The notes under the pieces are model-generated. The model worked only from the letters and a program-made list of their open reading frames with translations. It had not been told where the DNA came from and searched no databases. This document shows, one piece after another, positions 60,318-64,000 of a stretch of 64,000 bases of DNA. This DNA is from Torpedo marmorata. Lineage: Eukaryota. The number at the start of each line of letters is the position of its first letter. Positions within the stretch are counted from its first letter, which is position 1. The DNA is taken from assembly GCA_977017645.1 (NCBI GenBank), contig OZ360245.1:26040001-26104000 (forward strand), in the 5' to 3' direction. The translations under genes were made by a program, and so were the position numbers.

Positions 60318-63300
60318 AACCATATAACCATATAACAACTACAGCACAGTAACAGGCCAGTTTGGCCCTTCTAGTCCGCACCGATCCAAGTACCCTCCTC
60401 TAATCCCACCTACCAGCACCCTTCCCATATCCCTCCATTCCCCTCCAATCCATATACCTATCCGATTTTTCCTTAAATGACAGAATTGACCCTGCCTCCA
60501 CCACCTCTCCCGGAAACCCATTCCACACATCAACCACTCTCTGAGTAAGGAAGTTCCCCCTTATGTTACGCCTGAACCTTTACCCGTCAACCCTCAACCC
60601 ATGACCTCTTGTATCCACCTCTCCTACTTTCAATGGAAAAAGTCTATCCACATCAACTCTATCTATCCCCCTCATAATCTTAAATACCTCTATCAAATCT
60701 CCTCTCAGCCTTCTACGTTCCAACGAATAAAGACCTAATTTGTTCAATCTTTCTTTGTATTCCAGATGCTGAAACCCAGGCAACATTCTTGTAAATCTTC
60801 TCTGCACTCTCTCTATTTTGTTGATATCCTTCCTATAATTCGGTGACCAGAAATACACACAGTACTCCAAATTTGGCCTCACCAATGCCTTGTACAGTTT
60901 CATCATCACTTCCCAACTCCTATATTCTATGCATTGATTTATATAGGCAAGCATACTAAAGGCCTTCTTCACCACCCTATCCACATGTGATCCTACCTTT
61001 AGGGAACAATGCACTGTTATTCCTAGATCTCTCTGCTCCACTGCATTCTTCAATGCCCTCCCATTTACTACGTATGTCTTGCTTTGATTATTCTTTCCAA
61101 AATGAAGCACCTCACACTTATCAGAATTAAACTCCATCTGCCATCTTTCAGCCCACTCCTCTGAGCAGTTCAAATCCCTCTGCAATCTTTGAAAACCCTC
61201 TTCATCATCCACAATTCCTCCTATTTTAGTATCATCTGCATATTTACTAATCCAATTTACCGCTCCATCTTCCAGATCATTAATGTATATGACAAACAGC
61301 AATGGTCCCAACACCGAACCCTGAGGCACACTGCTTGTCACCGGCTTCCATCCTGACAAACAATTATCCACTACTACTCTCTGGCACCTTCCTTCCAGCC
61401 ACTGTTGAATCCAATTGACTATCTCCAAATTAATACCTAACGACTGAACCTTCCTAACTAACCTCCCATGCGGAACCTTATCGAAGGCCTTACTGAAGTC
61501 CATATAGACAACATCCACTGCTCTACCTTCATCAACATTCCTAGTCACCTCTTCAAAAAATTCAACAAGATTGGTCAAACATGATCTTCCACGCACAAAT
61601 CCGTGTTGAGTGTCCCTGATCAGACCCTGTCTCTCCAGACACTTATACACACTATCTCTAAGAACGCTTTCCATTAATTTACCCACCACAGACGTCAAAC
61701 TTACAGGCCGATAATTGCTAGGCTTGCTCCTCGAACCCTTTTTAAACAAAGGAACCACATGCGCAACACGCCAATCCTCCGGCACTATACCCGTCTCTAA
61801 TGACATTTGAAAAATCCCTGCCATAGCCTCCGCTATTTCCTCACTAACTTCTCTCAAGGTCCTGGGGAAAATCCCGTCAGGGCCTGAAGACTTATCCACC
61901 TTTATATGCTTCAAAAGCTTCAGTACTTCCTCTTTCTTAATCACTATAGTCTCCATATATACCCCCTTTGCTTCCTTTACCCTGCACAGTTCAATATCCT
62001 TCTCCTCAGTAAATACTGAGGAAAAGAAATTGTTCAAGTACTCCCCCACCTCTTTTGGCTCCACACACATTTGTCTGCTCCGATTCTCTATGGGACCAAT
62101 TTTATTCCTCACTTTCCTTTTGCTATTTACATATTTATAGAAACTCTTTGGATTTATTTTCACCCTACTTGCTCTAGCCACCTCATACCTTCTTTTAGCT
62201 TTTCTAATTTCTTTCTTAAGATTCTTTTTACTTTCAATATGGTGACCGAACATCTTTTTTTCCTGTTTCTTATATTTATTGTAGTCCTCCCTCTTTTTTA
62301 GAACCAAATTTTGAATCTCCCTTGAGAACCATGGCTTTCTCAAACTTTTGACCTTACCTTTCAACCTAACAGGTATATAAAGATTTTGTACTCTTAAAAT
62401 CTCTCCTTTAAAAGACCTCCATTTCTCTCCTACATCCTGCCCAGAAAACAAATTGTCCCCCTTGTAAATCCTTTCGCATCTCCTCAAACCTAGCTTTTCC
62501 CCACTTGAAAACCTCAACTCTGGGCCCTGACTATGATCACTGGACCCGAAGTGCTCCCCAACACATACCTCTGTCACCTGACCTATCCCATTTCCCAACA
62601 GTAAATCCAACACAGCTCCCTCTCTAGTTGGTACCTCCACATATTGCTGTAAAAAGCTATCCTGCACACATTTTACAAACTCCAAACCATCCAGCCCTTT
62701 CACGGAATGGGTTTCCCAATCAATATTGGGAAAATTAAAGTCCCCCACAATCACTACCTTGTGCTTATTACAAATATCTGCTATCTCCCTACTAATTTGC
62801 TCCTCTAGTTCGCGTTCCCCATTTGGTGGTCTATAGTACACCCCTATAAGTGTAACTTCCCCTTTCTCATTTCTCAACTCCACCCAAATAGCCTCCCTGG
62901 ACGAGCCTTCTATTCTATCATTCCTAAGCACCGCTGTGATATTTTCTCTAACAAGTAATGCAACTCTACCCACTCTTGCCCCTCCGGTTCTATCACACCT
63001 AAAGCAACGGAATCCAGGAATATTGAGCTGCCAGTCACATCCCTCCTGTAACCATGTTTCACTAATCGCCACTACGTCATACTTCCAAGTGTCAATCCAT
63101 ACCTTCAGCTCATCCACCTTCCTTACAATGCTCCTAGCATTAAAATATATGCATTTTAGAGATTTCCCACTTTTTACTTCCTGTATGCCCCTATCTTTAC
63201 CAAAAGCTCTATTATGCTTTTTTGCAATTGACTTCCTTCCATCCACATATAGAGCATCCCCTTTATCTATCTCCTGCCTTTCCCCCCTCGAACACTGTCT

Positions 63301-63665
63301 ACAAGCTTTCACTGATTGCACTCTAACCTTCTCCTTGCAGTTCTCTTTCATTTGGTTCCCTCCCCCCAGCCATTCTAGTTTAAAGTCTCCTGAGTAACCC
63401 AAGCAAATGTCCCCGCCAGAATCCTGGTCCCCCTGGGGTTCAAATGCAACCCGTCCTTTCTGTACAGGTCACACCTACCCCAGCAATGGTCCCAGTGATC
63501 CACAAACTTGAATCCCTGCCCCTTGCTCCACCCCTTCAGCCACTCATTCATCCTCCACCTCATTCTATTCCTGCTCTCACTGTCGCGTGGCGCCGGCAGT
63601 AATCACGAGATTACTCCCTTTGCGGTCCTTCATTTTAACTCTCTACCTAACTCCCTATACTCACT
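60318..63665 (-). mobile_element. CR1 LINE with 940-aa near-intact ORF2 (APE + RT) and 3' part of ORF1
   Basis: ORF 60580-63402: YFNARS, AISETW, VGDFN, SDH, NYRPVSLTS, DFSKAFDKVPH, PQGSVLGP, YADDTK; ORF1 esterase end DGLHLN at 63375-63563; (ATATGGTT)n tail. Confidence 0.95.
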
Positions 63666-64000
63666 TTTTTTAGGTAGACAATAACAGAGAAATACTATCC
63701 ATATATTCCAAACCTGTCCTTTTGAGTGTTTCCCTTAGAGAAGGAGCATTGATGAGGTTTATATCAGGGGAATGGCCAAAGTATTGATTTTAATGAGGAC
63801 TAGGACATTAAAGTTAACTCTGAGAGTGTGGTTGAGCAGGATAATACCTGCAGGCATATTGTGGTGGATACTATACAATTGGTATTTTCAAGGATCAAGT
63901 TTTTAGGTTCCTTTTATTGTCACGTTACATTAAAAATGTAACATACATGATATGCTTGAACTTTTGCCTGCCGTAAGGGAAAGAGTCGCCACGAGCATGG

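Overview
Eukaryotic (vertebrate) genomic DNA. The repeat inventory (CR1, Rex1/Babar, Penelope-like, V-SINE and Deu-SINE fragments) suggests a cartilaginous fish, possibly a ray; this is inference. The window holds the LHX1-AATF syntenic pair, both on the minus strand. LHX1 (Lim1) is complete: 5 coding exons, 31833->22702, 1230 nt, 409 aa, all GT-AG junctions in phase. AATF contributes its first three coding exons (19504->4214) and continues past the left edge. The LHX1 domain (~19.6-44 kb) is nearly transposon-free, visibly CpG-rich and carries candidate regulatory elements. AATF intron 1 and the region beyond ~46 kb are packed with nested mobile elements: CR1, Rex1, RTE, Penelope-like, L2, Tc1/mariner and hAT MITEs, Chapaev3-like derivatives and a solo LTR. 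No CRISPR, rRNA or tRNA genes were seen. I cannot demonstrate a new biological system. The best leads are a CR1 lineage with a ~199-bp tandem monomer 5' UTR and a duplicated ORF1 module, a 444-bp RTE-type non-autonomous retroposon, long intronic hairpins, and predicted miR-30 and FoxH1 control sites of LHX1. All family assignments come from recalled motifs, not database searches.
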